Source: a virus. Taken from it: a stretch of DNA of 64,000 bases. The notes beneath the pieces were generated by a model. The model saw only the letters and a list, made by a program, of their open reading frames with translations, had not been told where the DNA came from and did no database searches. Both the position numbers and the translations under genes were made by a program. Numbering within the stretch: position 1 is the first letter of the stretch; every line of letters begins with the position of its first letter. Shown here piece by piece: positions 29,242-40,311 of the stretch. The stretch lies in the IMG/VR virus record IMGVR_UViG_3300017729_000001, positions 26,430-90,429 of that record. One strand, 5' to 3'.

Positions 29242-30724
29242 CGAACCATGATTTTATAGTATCTTGGATATCAGACATGTCTTCATCTTCATAGCATTCA
29301 ATTCTTTCATCTCCTACTGTTTCTGAATACACCTCTAGTCTATTAAAACTATGGCCAGAAAAGTATTCTGGCTCAACATCCATAATATCAATAATCACGG
29401 CTTTGTCTTTATTTTCAACTGCTCCTAGAACTCTTCCAGCCTTTTGTATTACATTACTGCCTTCCAATCCTCCATCGGCCATTATTAGAACTTCAACTTC
29501 AGGCAACGTGATACCCTTTTTAAATATATTGCTGGCCAATAATACTTTCCCACGACCTCTCAAAAATCTCTCTTTTGCTTCATTTCTAGTTTTGGTGTCA
29601 TCATCTCCAGAAATAAATTGCTTGTGACTTAGTTCTGAAATAAGGTATCCATGTTGCTTTGAATTAAATAGTACAAGTGTTTTCCACTTATTACTTTTAC
29701 ACATATTTATTAGGTCAAGCAATATTCTGTTTCTATCCTTATTTTCATGAATCAATTTTTTAAGATATTTTTGGTATTTTTCAGTTCCAACTAAATCTCT
29801 GTACTTGTGTACTCTGCTTGAATCATGTTGGTGGCTGATTAATATTACTTTATCAAGTGCTAAGTATCCTTCATCTTGAAGTCTGGTTTTATCTACGTCA
29901 TAAGCAATTCCTCCAAAATGACCTTTCATTTTTAAATTAGCCACAACACTTCCTTTTTGTTTAAAAGGTGTAGCTGATAACCCTAACAGAAATTCCACGT
30001 TGGAACACTTTTTTATTAGTTTCATTCTGTTGTCTCCCAAATACTCTTGAACTTCATCGACTATCAAAAAGGTCAAACTTTTAAAATACTTTTCCAAAGT
30101 CTTTGCTTCAGGCTTTTTTCTATTAAATATTGAAGTCACTGTCTGAATCATAGCAATCGACACTTGCTTAATATTAACTCCAAAAGAATTTATTGTACCA
30201 ATATCACTTTCTGGTACATTTAGGTATTTTGATAACTCTTCAACTGTTTGGTCAAACAAATCTGTCGTATCGACAAAAAAGCATATAGATGAATCTTCCA
30301 CTTGGTCAATAACGTGCCGAATGATTTCACCAGACACAAAAGTTTTTCCTCCACGTGTAGGAATTACCATCAATCCGAAATTCTTTTTGAAAAACGCATC
30401 CACTCCTTCAGCTTGATGTGGGCGCAAACGTGAATCCAACGAATAGTTGTCAATTATGAATCTTCTAAAATCTTGCTCAACAACCTCGTATGATATTCCC
30501 ATATCTGATAAGTGGAAAACTACTTCATCAAGTATTCCAATATCAATTTTGTTATCTTTAGTGTATAGCTTAAAATATCCATCCCAAAAGCCTTTCTTGT
30601 ATTTATCAGAATATTGGGCACCATCTATCCAAATTCTTAGTTTGTCTTTTATTGCTTTTACTTCTTTTGGAATTTGCGAATAAAACTGATATTGTTTTGA
30701 ATTCACCCTTGTTATTAAAATCAT
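29231..30724 (-). CDS. SF2 (UvsW-like) DNA helicase
   Basis: LRPHQ, PTRGGKT, IVDEVQ, GLSATP, GITLP, QKAGRVL. Confidence 0.9.
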   Translation of the reverse strand: MILITRVNSKQYQFYSQIPKEVKAIKDKLRIWIDGAQYSDKYKKGFWDGYFKLYTKDNKIDIGILDEVVFHLSDMGISYEVVEQDFRRFIIDNYSLDSRLRPHQAEGVDAFFKKNFGLMVIPTRGGKTFVSGEIIRHVIDQVEDSSICFFVDTTDLFDQTVEELSKYLNVPESDIGTINSFGVNIKQVSIAMIQTVTSIFNRKKPEAKTLEKYFKSLTFLIVDEVQEYLGDNRMKLIKKCSNVEFLLGLSATPFKQKGSVVANLKMKGHFGGIAYDVDKTRLQDEGYLALDKVILISHQHDSSRVHKYRDLVGTEKYQKYLKKLIHENKDRNRILLDLINMCKSNKWKTLVLFNSKQHGYLISELSHKQFISGDDDTKTRNEAKERFLRGRGKVLLASNIFKKGITLPEVEVLIMADGGLEGSNVIQKAGRVLGAVENKDKAVIIDIMDVEPEYFSGHSFNRLEVYSETVGDERIECYEDEDMSDIQDTIKSWFDEK

Positions 30725-31035
30725 AAATGTACATCTTTAAAAATATTCAGAAACATAAGTCTCAAAATCACAACCCCCTTTCCCCCTTAATGAAAAAGGT
30801 CAATAATATATTCATCACATGAAGCTGATAGTGCTCACAAACCCCCTGAGAAAAGAACTCCTATCATTTAACTCAACTAACGTAACTCTGAAGTCAGTCA
30901 GCAGTTAGTTTATACTTGGTTATTTTATATTTTTAATGTAACCAATTAATCTTGGTTTTTACGATTGTACTTTTTTAGGTTTGGACTTCCTATTAAAATT
31001 AATCTATATCACAAGGACAAAGCAAAAAAGTGGAT

Positions 31036-31067
31036 AAAAAAAGGATGCCCTAGCATTTAGGGCATCC
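31036..31067 (-). terminator. intrinsic terminator ending structural operon
   Basis: GGATGCCCTA-AATGC-TAGGGCATCC then T7 on minus strand. Confidence 0.85.
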
Positions 31068-31092
31068 AATCGAAAGTAAAACACAAACGGCA

Positions 31093-31950
31093 TCAACTGT
31101 AGGAAAAAATCACTTCAAGGCACTCTTCAATATCATCCAAGTCCTCAAGTCTATTTTCATTAAATTCTTCTCCAAAAGCATTATCATACTTTTCTTCTAT
31201 TAAAAAGCAATCAACCTTTTTATCTTTTTTTACTTTTCTAGTTATCCAAAGTCCAATAGCCTCATTTGGCTGAAGTTCTTCAATAAGCAATATTCCATTA
31301 TCCTTAAAACCTGAAAAACTAACAGCGTCAGCAGTTACATCTCCTGGTGTTAAAATTTCTATTGGAGCATTTGTTTCAATCAATTCTTTTCTTCTAAAAT
31401 ATACCGAATCTTCAGAATGGTACTCAACTTTATATTCAGAGTGGTCTTCAAATGTTTCTACTATTCCAAAAACCACATCCATGATTTCCACTCCGTCAAG
31501 AACTATATTCATACCAAGTATATTCAAAACGTCACCTATGCTTCCAGCTGAGGTTATTTTTAAAACAGCATCCTCTCTACGACAAGTTGGGTCAAAGAAT
31601 TCAGCGTGGAATGGATATTCATATCTGTTCCCTAGCCTTTCGATGTACTCATTATCTTTAGGTTCAACTGCTGCCCATTCAAAGTCAGTTTGGTTGTCAT
31701 CTTCTCCAATCGTATTGTTATAAATTTGTTGAAGAATAACATTTTTAACTACTTGGTCACTGTTGTTCCTTAGAAATAACCCAAGAGTGGATTCAATTTT
31801 CTTTTCCTTTTCATAACAAGCAACGTCATCAAATAACGCATTAAGTCTTCCATTTGGTACTGGCGTAATTGATACAAACCCTCCTGTGGAGGCAGTTACA
31901 TCTCTTTGTTCCGAATTTGGATGCTTAGCACCTGATAAAAGTAGTTCCAT
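31093..31950 (-). CDS. putative tail/baseplate-associated structural protein
   Basis: Last gene of tail module; S.GGFVS.TPVPN..LN.LF.D...GLWI.R. Confidence 0.55.
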   Translation of the reverse strand: MELLLSGAKHPNSEQRDVTASTGGFVSITPVPNGRLNALFDDVACYEKEKKIESTLGLFLRNNSDQVVKNVILQQIYNNTIGEDDNQTDFEWAAVEPKDNEYIERLGNRYEYPFHAEFFDPTCRREDAVLKITSAGSIGDVLNILGMNIVLDGVEIMDVVFGIVETFEDHSEYKVEYHSEDSVYFRRKELIETNAPIEILTPGDVTADAVSFSGFKDNGILLIEELQPNEAIGLWITRKVKKDKKVDCFLIEEKYDNAFGEEFNENRLEDLDDIEECLEVIFSYS

Positions 31951-31951
31951 A

Positions 31952-32431
31952 TTACAATTCTTTTGTAGCCACTACGATAATCAAATTCACTTTGCTGTTT
32001 AACGGCACTTGAATATTATTTATCCTAATGTCTTGTGTTAGGTTTTTTAAGTTACCTAAACTGAAATCACAAGTTGAAGCAAGAACTACGTCAGATTCAT
32101 CTAAAACTACGTCAAATCTCACAGGCAATCTGTAAGGCTTTGTTTTAGTTGTTTCATAGCATATAACGTGTAGGCTTGATATTTCTTCACTACCTCTCAC
32201 TATGTCTTGCTGTATGTTTACGTCAAAACTATTCCCATGCTTTAATTCCCATGAGTACTTATTTGCGTTTGTTATCTTGAAGTCTTTTGTAACCTCTCCG
32301 TGGTGGTTACTTTCCATATCACTAGAATCTCCATCATATGTCCATTCTACTTTTCCCCCATTATGAGATTCAAAATATTGACCTGATGGGTCATCTTGAA
32401 ATGATATTGTATTTTGTATTTTTATAATCAT
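31952..32431 (-). CDS. putative structural protein
   Basis: 159-aa beta-rich ORF downstream of tail fibre. Confidence 0.5.
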   Translation of the reverse strand: MIIKIQNTISFQDDPSGQYFESHNGGKVEWTYDGDSSDMESNHHGEVTKDFKITNANKYSWELKHGNSFDVNIQQDIVRGSEEISSLHVICYETTKTKPYRLPVRFDVVLDESDVVLASTCDFSLGNLKNLTQDIRINNIQVPLNSKVNLIIVVATKEL

Positions 32432-32433
32432 TT

Positions 32434-34908
32434 CTAAACAAATTTTTGTATATATATAAATTGCAAGTAAGGTGGCACAATATCCACAGGTGATGGCGAA
32501 CCTGTTCCCCCACCCGCATCTGTAGTTCCAGAAAAGTTGTGTTGGTGCCTACTTGTAGTTGAGTTATCAGGATGAGCATAAAATCTTGCGTCATCATCCT
32601 CCCCTTTATCGAATCCACCCCCACCAGCACCATTACCAGCCCACACAGCATGGCTATGTGCTCCGTCATTATTTGTTGTTCCAGAAAAGGTATGCGTATG
32701 GTTAGGTAAAGCACTTACTGGAATACTTACAGTATTTGAACCTCCAGAAGCACCTATCAACCCAGCTGAGTTAGTTCCTCTTGGAAATTGTCCTGCCATA
32801 TTCAATGTTCCATTATTACCATTTAAAATTCTCCATCCATGATATCCGTGCTTTATTCCGTCACCTGACGTATTAAATACATTCTGTGAAACTCCTGGTC
32901 CAACTAATCTTACTGTGTGCATAGGACAAGTTTCAGTGTCCCATCTTACTATCCAACTTCCCAAGTCACTAAAAGTACACGTGATGAATAGTCCATATCG
33001 GTGTTGTTGACCTGGGTCTGACGATGTATTATTTCTAGCATAATAAACGTCATTTTCATTTAACTCCGCAAGTAAATCAAAATTGGTTGGGTCAATATAG
33101 TTCTCAACAATCCTTAATCTAAAAGTTGACAAATCAACCCATTGGTCAATATGTAAGGTGAAGCTGTTTCCCTCTCTGAATGGAAGGCCATCGTCATCCT
33201 CTGTTCTTAAATGTATGAACATATCGGCAGTTAAAGTTAGTCCACCTTGATAATGTTGATATTGCTTATCAACTCCGACTTGTAATTCAACTACTGGCAC
33301 TGAATTATCTAGTGCTGTCGTATTGACTCCAAATAAATCTCCTGTGTCAACTGCTTCTTGAAAGTTTTGAAACGAATCAGGTGCCTCGCAAACTTTTATG
33401 AATCCTAAACTAGCATCCCCAGCGTATGGAACTTGCGTTCTATCAATAGGCAACTTTAAATTACCAAAGGCATCGTATGACTCTTCATCATAATGTCCAA
33501 TAGGGTCATCTGGAAAAACTTGCCAATCTGTATAGTCTTTAAATGTCTTATACCTATACATCAAGTTGTATTTATAACAACCATCCATGGTAGGCAGTTC
33601 CATTCTGACTAATGGCGTATTTATCGAATAGTCAAATGTTCTTTCTATATTGGGCCAAGGAAACACTTCAGTTGTATCGGTGTCATTATCTTGGTCACCA
33701 ACATCTATATTCGCCCCATCTCTTTGTGCTCTAATTTCTATTGACTCATATGGTGGAGCAATGAATAGCTGGTCAGCCATTCCGTAATCATCTGGGTCAA
33801 GTACATCTAGCGTCAGTACAATTTGAGTTCCAGTTTTTGTACTATCTATAATTGTTCTCCAACTTCCATCTTTAGAATATAATCGCCAGTCAGTGAAATC
33901 TCCTGAGTTGAAAAAGGATGTATCTTTAAAAGTACCTCCATTTCCAATCAATACTGATATCTTTTTTAAACTTGGGTCAATCGTATATGAAGCAAATCTC
34001 ATCCCCCAAGCAACCATCACTAAATTATTTGCTCTTGGTGAATTAGGTTGTTCCCACTGAACTCCTTCAACTCCTATTAAGTTATTGTTGAAATTTCTAT
34101 TTACATCATGTACGTGCCATTCTCCCCAAGGTTTCCACCAATCAAGTCTTTTGTCTTCAATTATGATAGTAGTTCCATTACTTTTTACCCTAGACAAGTA
34201 AAATTCCTCTCCAGCAATAAAAGCTGGTGGTGTGTTTAAGATAGTTTCTGTGACTAATTCATATTCAAAATAATCGTATTGAAATATTTGCTCATCAGCA
34301 GTAGGTACAGGATAACCAGGTGTGAAAGTTCCGACAATTGAATAAGTCATATCACTCTCAGCAATAAAATCACCTTGAATTATACAACTGTTGTCGCTAA
34401 TGATATCAACTACCTCGTAATCATCAGCATTACCATTCACACTATTTGTGAACCTTATCTTGGATGGAAAATTCGGCTGACCTCTAAGGACATTCAAAAA
34501 TTCTGTTCCAACTCCAGTCACGTTTCCAAAAGTATCTACGGACACAGTTCCAATCTCAGTAGTTTTATATTTGTGCTTTACTTTTATCCAATACCATAAA
34601 GAATCAGGTGAAATAGGAACATCAACTATTGCGTCATTCACTACAAACCGACCTAGTTGGTCAATAATCATACCTGTGTTTATGATAACTTTATCATAAC
34701 AACTCACTCCAAATTTAGATACATAAAAAGCATCTTGTGTTAAAATAGTGCCTAATTCAGGCAAGTCTAAATCTTTAACAATTCCATACTCTTTGCTGTT
34801 CGCAAGAACGTGTCTTCTGTATCCCCATTCATCTAAGAATTGGTCATTCCTTTTTTGTTCTGCAACTTCCAGAAATAAATTTGAGTTTACTTTTAAATAA
34901 CCACTCAT
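32434..34908 (-). CDS. tail fibre protein with C-terminal collar and HxH motifs
   Basis: GW...NG.NGT.N..G.FPRG, GASGG...V......LP.HTH, HSH, HQH, VPPY...YIQK. Confidence 0.8.
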   Translation of the reverse strand: MSGYLKVNSNLFLEVAEQKRNDQFLDEWGYRRHVLANSKEYGIVKDLDLPELGTILTQDAFYVSKFGVSCYDKVIINTGMIIDQLGRFVVNDAIVDVPISPDSLWYWIKVKHKYKTTEIGTVSVDTFGNVTGVGTEFLNVLRGQPNFPSKIRFTNSVNGNADDYEVVDIISDNSCIIQGDFIAESDMTYSIVGTFTPGYPVPTADEQIFQYDYFEYELVTETILNTPPAFIAGEEFYLSRVKSNGTTIIIEDKRLDWWKPWGEWHVHDVNRNFNNNLIGVEGVQWEQPNSPRANNLVMVAWGMRFASYTIDPSLKKISVLIGNGGTFKDTSFFNSGDFTDWRLYSKDGSWRTIIDSTKTGTQIVLTLDVLDPDDYGMADQLFIAPPYESIEIRAQRDGANIDVGDQDNDTDTTEVFPWPNIERTFDYSINTPLVRMELPTMDGCYKYNLMYRYKTFKDYTDWQVFPDDPIGHYDEESYDAFGNLKLPIDRTQVPYAGDASLGFIKVCEAPDSFQNFQEAVDTGDLFGVNTTALDNSVPVVELQVGVDKQYQHYQGGLTLTADMFIHLRTEDDDGLPFREGNSFTLHIDQWVDLSTFRLRIVENYIDPTNFDLLAELNENDVYYARNNTSSDPGQQHRYGLFITCTFSDLGSWIVRWDTETCPMHTVRLVGPGVSQNVFNTSGDGIKHGYHGWRILNGNNGTLNMAGQFPRGTNSAGLIGASGGSNTVSIPVSALPNHTHTFSGTTNNDGAHSHAVWAGNGAGGGGFDKGEDDDARFYAHPDNSTTSRHQHNFSGTTDAGGGTGSPSPVDIVPPYLQFIYIQKFV

Positions 34909-34932
34909 GTTTTACAATTTTCTTTTATCTTG

Positions 34933-36630
34933 TTAAAGTAATAACTGTTTATCATCTACTTTACGTGTAAGGTTGATTGGAATCAACTTCTGCTCGTATG
35001 GAAGTAAATTATCTTGAATCCTATTCCTCACCTGATCATCTGTAAATTTGTCACTATTGTTTCGATGCCAGTTCATTACTATTGAATCACCTTGAATAAA
35101 TTGAGGATTTTTAACACCTGGCTTATGTCCCAATATCGTTTTTCCTTTTATTAATGGCCTCATTTTAAAATCATGTATATGATAATCGCCAGAACCTGAT
35201 ATCTGTATAAATGGCTTTACCATATCGACATCTTCATTAGCATTGAAGTACAAATTTCTTCCAATTACATTACTTCTTGAATACTTACCTGTGAATGTAG
35301 ATGATCCAGCAGCATATATAATGCCTCGCACACTATACCATTGGTCTTCAATCTTGGTAACATCAGTGAAACTATCTACAAAGAAATAATTTGCAGTCAC
35401 ACCAACTTGAATATCGTTAAATGATAAAGGCTTGTATGAACCATTTCGATTGTACCCATGTACACCAAAATAAACGAACGCATTTGCTCCAGGCTTTCTT
35501 TTTATATTGAAAGTTATTTCATAATCCAACTCCTTGTCGACAATTATTAAATCTTCCCAATTAACTAAGGGTGGTGGTGTCCATAAATCATATCCAAAAC
35601 CTACACTAGCTGGCAATCCAATTCCTGATAACTTAGCAACATTAAGTCCTGAGTCATTGACTATACTAACACTTCCACTATTCTGTATATCATATAAAGT
35701 CAAATCTACAAAGTCAGCTGTATTTTCTTCAGTTTTATTTATTTGTTCTGATTTGTAGTTCCCATTATAGAATGGTGATGATTTTCCTAAACACCATCCG
35801 TGATTTTCTTTTTCAACAACGTCAAGCAAAAACTCATCATATCTATTTCGATTAATAAGCCTCAACCATTCACCATCTATTTTAGTAACTGACCCATCCA
35901 TTAATTCAGTTCCTAGTTTTTGATATGTCAGTTTAGTTCCCCTTTTACGAATCTCATCATAAAAGTTGTTAGCCAAAAACTGCATTTCTGAAAACAGTAT
36001 TTCTTCTGACTCAAAGAATAAACCACGTTGCGTCAGGTGCTCGCCCAAATACTTTCTTTTATATAGTATCGAATCGAATTCATTAGTGAAGGCACTTACA
36101 TAAGCTAAAAAGCAACATACTGCCGACCAAAACGAAACAAAGTCAGTATCGTCAATGCCTGGTCCACGCTCAATAAATTCAGGTAAAATTCCTGATTGGT
36201 ATATCTTTCTTAGCAGATTATTACAAATTTGAGCAGTCAACATATCATTAACAGCCAAATCTTCAAATAAACTTTCTAAGGTTGTGATTCCACTATAAAT
36301 TTGAATTATGATATTACCTTGTAGTTCAAGTCCTCCAAACTCTAAAATTCCTGTGGTATCCGTTCCAACTCTTTCATATCTAAATTCAAGAAATAAAAGG
36401 GTGGTCACTGTTCCAGTGATTGCGGCAAGGTTGGCATTCGTTAATGGCTCCCAAGTTGAATAATTCGTTCCATCTAGTGAATATCTGAATGTCTTACTGA
36501 AGTATCTAGTTGGTGTTTCACCTACCAAGGTGTCAGTGTAGCTTGAAACATTTACAGTTCCAGCTAGTGCTCCTTGAGAATAAATGAATAACACATCTCC
36601 AATTTCTGATAGAGTATTTCCAATTATCAT
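34933..36630 (-). CDS. baseplate wedge / tail protein
   Basis: Downstream of baseplate J; YDEIRKRGT resembles tail-I-type segment. Confidence 0.6.
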   Translation of the reverse strand: MIIGNTLSEIGDVLFIYSQGALAGTVNVSSYTDTLVGETPTRYFSKTFRYSLDGTNYSTWEPLTNANLAAITGTVTTLLFLEFRYERVGTDTTGILEFGGLELQGNIIIQIYSGITTLESLFEDLAVNDMLTAQICNNLLRKIYQSGILPEFIERGPGIDDTDFVSFWSAVCCFLAYVSAFTNEFDSILYKRKYLGEHLTQRGLFFESEEILFSEMQFLANNFYDEIRKRGTKLTYQKLGTELMDGSVTKIDGEWLRLINRNRYDEFLLDVVEKENHGWCLGKSSPFYNGNYKSEQINKTEENTADFVDLTLYDIQNSGSVSIVNDSGLNVAKLSGIGLPASVGFGYDLWTPPPLVNWEDLIIVDKELDYEITFNIKRKPGANAFVYFGVHGYNRNGSYKPLSFNDIQVGVTANYFFVDSFTDVTKIEDQWYSVRGIIYAAGSSTFTGKYSRSNVIGRNLYFNANEDVDMVKPFIQISGSGDYHIHDFKMRPLIKGKTILGHKPGVKNPQFIQGDSIVMNWHRNNSDKFTDDQVRNRIQDNLLPYEQKLIPINLTRKVDDKQLLL

Positions 36631-36980
36631 GATTCAAAATTAAATATCAGTTCAGCCATAGCATTTATTTCGTAATTGTCTGACTCGCTTTTTATATCAC
36701 TCAGATATATAGTTCCATCAACATCAACTTCATAAATCGGCTTTATTTCCTGATTGATTAATAACTCGCATTCAATGCCCTCGACAGAATTTTTTACTTT
36801 TCTCTCTTCCATTATTTCAATGGCACTTGTTCTTGGGTCTTTTAAAGGAACAGGCTCAAGTCCTATATTTACTGATTGGTCGTCATAACTGATGTCAATT
36901 TTTAAATCTCCATTAGTTTGACCCAAACTTGTAAATCCATTGACCGCACTATTCCCTCTTGTGTTTAAATCTCTTTCCAT
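36627..36980 (-). CDS. hypothetical baseplate-region protein
   Basis: 117-aa ORF in baseplate cluster. Confidence 0.55.
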   Translation of the reverse strand: MERDLNTRGNSAVNGFTSLGQTNGDLKIDISYDDQSVNIGLEPVPLKDPRTSAIEIMEERKVKNSVEGIECELLINQEIKPIYEVDVDGTIYLSDIKSESDNYEINAMAELIFNFES

Positions 36981-36981
36981 A

Positions 36982-38178
36982 TTATAATGATTTTAATACA
37001 GTTGCTTGATAAGCAAAATCTCCATCGCTTGGATAATAAAATGGGTTCAAAGTACCAGATACATTTTCTAGCATTACACCTTGTACATTCATCATAATGA
37101 ACCCTCTGAATCTAGGCAACTGACCTCTAGGTATATTGAATTGCGTATTTGGATAAAAGTAATTATCAATGACACGCTTAACCCCTCTGACTGCTTTAAT
37201 AGCATTCACTAAGTCAATCCATTGAATGATTCCACCCTCTTCCCAGAATCTGTGGTCAATCAATTTACTTAAATTTTTTTGTGCTTCTTTTCTAATCGTA
37301 TCAGTAGAAAAGGATGGCTCAAGGTCAACACGACAACTAATATCAATTGGGTAGTAAACTACATTCACAAATTTGATTCCATAGTTTTGAAGTCCATTAG
37401 GCTTGAACTCATTCATATTCAAAAATTGCTCTGCCTTTAATCTGAAATCTGTAAGTTGAGCTGGACTGAAATCAGCACCATTAACGCTACCAACTCCAAT
37501 ATTAAGTTCTCCTTGATTATCAAGTCCGTGATTATAAACTCTAAGCACATTTGGATTAAACTTCCTCAATACTTGCTCTAAATACTGTATTGTCCCACGT
37601 GCTAACACATTTATTTCTTCCTTTATTCTTTCCCTAAACATATCGTCATCCTCAGCTTGTCTGCCACCTGTTGCTCCGTATTCATTAATACAATAAGCAT
37701 GACCAGTTGGTGCTGGAGTGACGCTTGTGATACTTAATGGGTCAACATTAGTTTCTTCTCCAAATGCTAAACTTTCTACTTTCACATATGTAAACCCCTC
37801 TACTGGTATGGTGGTTAGAACTTGAGTTGCGAAATCTTGTCCTTGTCCTTTAAAGACATGTGTTCCTGGTATATAAGTTGTTCCAGGTGTTCCTACCACT
37901 CTAACAAAAGTTGAGCTAGCAATCGCACCGAATCTTCCAGCCACCCCTCGTAATTCAGCAATGGTATCTAAATATGAGCCATAGGCTGAATCTGGAAATA
38001 GGTGTGATTCTATTACAGATACATCTTTTAATATCTTTTGAGACAGTTTTGCTGCTCCAAAAGCAATTCCATTTAAAACTGAACCCTCAGACACTTTAGT
38101 GACTTGGTCAGTTTGGTTGAGCAATGTTTCTACAAATATTTGCTTTAATTCTTCTACAGGTGTTATTTTTGTAATCAT
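36982..38178 (-). CDS. baseplate J-like protein
   Basis: SEGSVL, A.G.YLD.IA..RGV..R, G..TNV, ATGG...EDDD.FRERI. Confidence 0.9.
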   Translation of the reverse strand: MITKITPVEELKQIFVETLLNQTDQVTKVSEGSVLNGIAFGAAKLSQKILKDVSVIESHLFPDSAYGSYLDTIAELRGVAGRFGAIASSTFVRVVGTPGTTYIPGTHVFKGQGQDFATQVLTTIPVEGFTYVKVESLAFGEETNVDPLSITSVTPAPTGHAYCINEYGATGGRQAEDDDMFRERIKEEINVLARGTIQYLEQVLRKFNPNVLRVYNHGLDNQGELNIGVGSVNGADFSPAQLTDFRLKAEQFLNMNEFKPNGLQNYGIKFVNVVYYPIDISCRVDLEPSFSTDTIRKEAQKNLSKLIDHRFWEEGGIIQWIDLVNAIKAVRGVKRVIDNYFYPNTQFNIPRGQLPRFRGFIMMNVQGVMLENVSGTLNPFYYPSDGDFAYQATVLKSL

Positions 38179-39107
38179 ATCGTTACGCTATTTACAATGA
38201 CTTCATCTCGTTTAGTTCCAACTTCAAATTTTATGAATATGTCGCCTTCAATGTAGTCTATTTTTAAAACTTTAAAATCTTTGAATAAGTCATCTGACTT
38301 AAAATTACTTTCCAACTCTTTTTTTATAAGTGGAAAATTCATTTGAGATATATTCACCCCTTTCCAAAATTGAGCATTAAGCCCCATACTTGGAAATTCA
38401 GGAATATCTCTTTTTGCTACTTTTGAAAGTATATCCACTGTTTGATATGCTGTATCTTTGTACCCTAGAACTTGAAGGTCATCATCTTCAAATTTCATTA
38501 GGGTTGGAATATCTTTGCCATAAACTCTATCACCAATTGTGTAGTCTATCATAGATGTTACCAAACTAGCTTGAAATCCATTATCAAGTAACTCCAGCTC
38601 AGTTCCTCCAGATATGTCCCAATCCACTTCTCTAAGGTCATTCATTTTTGCTATGCTTGTCCAACCACTATTATTAAATGTATCATTTTTCCCCAAAACA
38701 TCTCTTGCTACATCTTCTAGTGTTTGTTGGCTAGATGTAGTGTAGTTAAAAACATAGCCTGCAGATATTTTCCCTTTTATATATGATGACCTTAAATACT
38801 TAGGAATATTCTGAGAATACTTCAAGTGAGTTTTAATGTCTTCAGCAATATCTAGTAAAGCCCAATAATCACAAGTTGACATCGTTCTTTTGTAATCTCT
38901 AAATATTCCAGTCAATACTAAACTCTTTTCATAAAGAGCATTCAAATTATTGATACGTTGTTTATCTATATACTTGGTGGTGCCTAAATAAAATGAAACT
39001 ATTTGAGGCATTTCAAATCTAAAAAAGTCAGACACTTCAGTGGCAAACTCATTAAAATCAAAATTTGTTAAGTCCTTAAAATTATCAAGTGTTTTATCTC
39101 CTATCAT
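38175..39107 (-). CDS. baseplate protein (LysM-like middle, gp25-like C-terminus)
   Basis: QTLEDVARDVLG...W..IA..NDL; YGKDI...F.DDDL...IPEFP..G. Confidence 0.6.
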   Translation of the reverse strand: MIGDKTLDNFKDLTNFDFNEFATEVSDFFRFEMPQIVSFYLGTTKYIDKQRINNLNALYEKSLVLTGIFRDYKRTMSTCDYWALLDIAEDIKTHLKYSQNIPKYLRSSYIKGKISAGYVFNYTTSSQQTLEDVARDVLGKNDTFNNSGWTSIAKMNDLREVDWDISGGTELELLDNGFQASLVTSMIDYTIGDRVYGKDIPTLMKFEDDDLQVLGYKDTAYQTVDILSKVAKRDIPEFPSMGLNAQFWKGVNISQMNFPLIKKELESNFKSDDLFKDFKVLKIDYIEGDIFIKFEVGTKRDEVIVNSVTI

Positions 39108-39850
39108 TATCCTCCAATTATTCCGTTCTTACGTGTTACGCCACCAACAGTCAAATTACTAAATGTTTGGTTCAGACTTTTTTGTACAGCAGCCATTGCT
39201 ACTAAATTGCCAATTTTACTCTTTCCACTGTACGTGTCAGGCACTGGCGCAATAGCCTTCATTTCAATATTCCAATTCCACATAGCATTATTTTCCATAC
39301 TCATGTTCTTACTAAATGACATTACTTCCACCCAATATGATTCATTAGCTTGAAGGTTGTAAAAGTACAATCGCATTGGAAAACCAGCTTCACAAAAATC
39401 TGTGCTTCTAGCAACTATTTTTTCAAGTAATTTTAACGCTCCAAAACCTGTTTTTACATTAGCATCAAAAGTATCTTTTTTGTAAAAGTTTTGTCTGTCT
39501 TTTTTCTTCACTTTAGTCTGCGTTGGATTATTGTCTCTGCTGACTAGCAACCTAAATTTTCTTCCAAAAGTTCCACTAATGCTTATTGTCTTGCCTACAT
39601 AAGATGGACTGAAAGTTTCTACATATCCTGATTCAGTCTTTTTAATACTTACGTGAGCATTTCTAGCAACTTGTATTGATGTTGGACTGACTGGAAAATT
39701 AAATATCTGTTCGATGTCGCCACTATAATCTACTAATTGAAATATACAGGCATAGTATTCAAAATCATTTGGAGCCAAAGCATGTAATGCTGCTCTCCCA
39801 GCATTTGCTAAAATTCCTTGCGCTTTACTTCTTATTAGTTCCTTTGACAT
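39107..39850 (-). CDS. tail tube initiator / baseplate protein
   Basis: FPV.P.SI...ISISGTFG...LYFYN...W.W.IEMK pattern; position. Confidence 0.55.
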   Translation of the reverse strand: MSKELIRSKAQGILANAGRAALHALAPNDFEYYACIFQLVDYSGDIEQIFNFPVSPTSIQVARNAHVSIKKTESGYVETFSPSYVGKTISISGTFGRKFRLLVSRDNNPTQTKVKKKDRQNFYKKDTFDANVKTGFGALKLLEKIVARSTDFCEAGFPMRLYFYNLQANESYWVEVMSFSKNMSMENNAMWNWNIEMKAIAPVPDTYSGKSKIGNLVAMAAVQKSLNQTFSNLTVGGVTRKNGIIGG

Positions 39851-39851
39851 A

Positions 39852-40310
39852 TTAATTCCATGTTATAGTTACACCACTTGTATTGTTAATAGCTGTTCCA
39901 GTCTTAAACCATATGTGAATAGTGCTTGATAAAAGTTCTGCGATTGTGGCAGAATCTGCTCCAGCAAAGCCAGCAGCAAGTATCGGTGCTATCACAGGTG
40001 GCGTTGGAGGTGGTACTCCTGTGAACGTTGGAGCCATTCCTACAGCTAGTGCTGTGGCATATGCTACCAAGGCATTCACAAAGGCTTGAACTCCTAATGT
40101 TGGGACAGTTAGCAATTGACCTTTTGCTGCTAATTTAGCTGTACTTGAACTTACAGAAACAGGTAAAACCAATTTGGCATACTTATCTATTGCCTCACTC
40201 CATCTCTCTGCGGCATCTGGTACAGTGGGTGGGAATTCAACAAACCCTGAATACTGAGTATCTATTATTTCTTGAATTCCTATTTTTAGTACACTTTTAA
40301 CTAACGGCAT
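39852..40310 (-). CDS. putative baseplate/spike-associated protein
   Basis: Ala/Pro-rich 152 aa directly after spike gene. Confidence 0.5.
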   Translation of the reverse strand: MPLVKSVLKIGIQEIIDTQYSGFVEFPPTVPDAAERWSEAIDKYAKLVLPVSVSSSTAKLAAKGQLLTVPTLGVQAFVNALVAYATALAVGMAPTFTGVPPPTPPVIAPILAAGFAGADSATIAELLSSTIHIWFKTGTAINNTSGVTITWN

Positions 40311-40311
40311 A

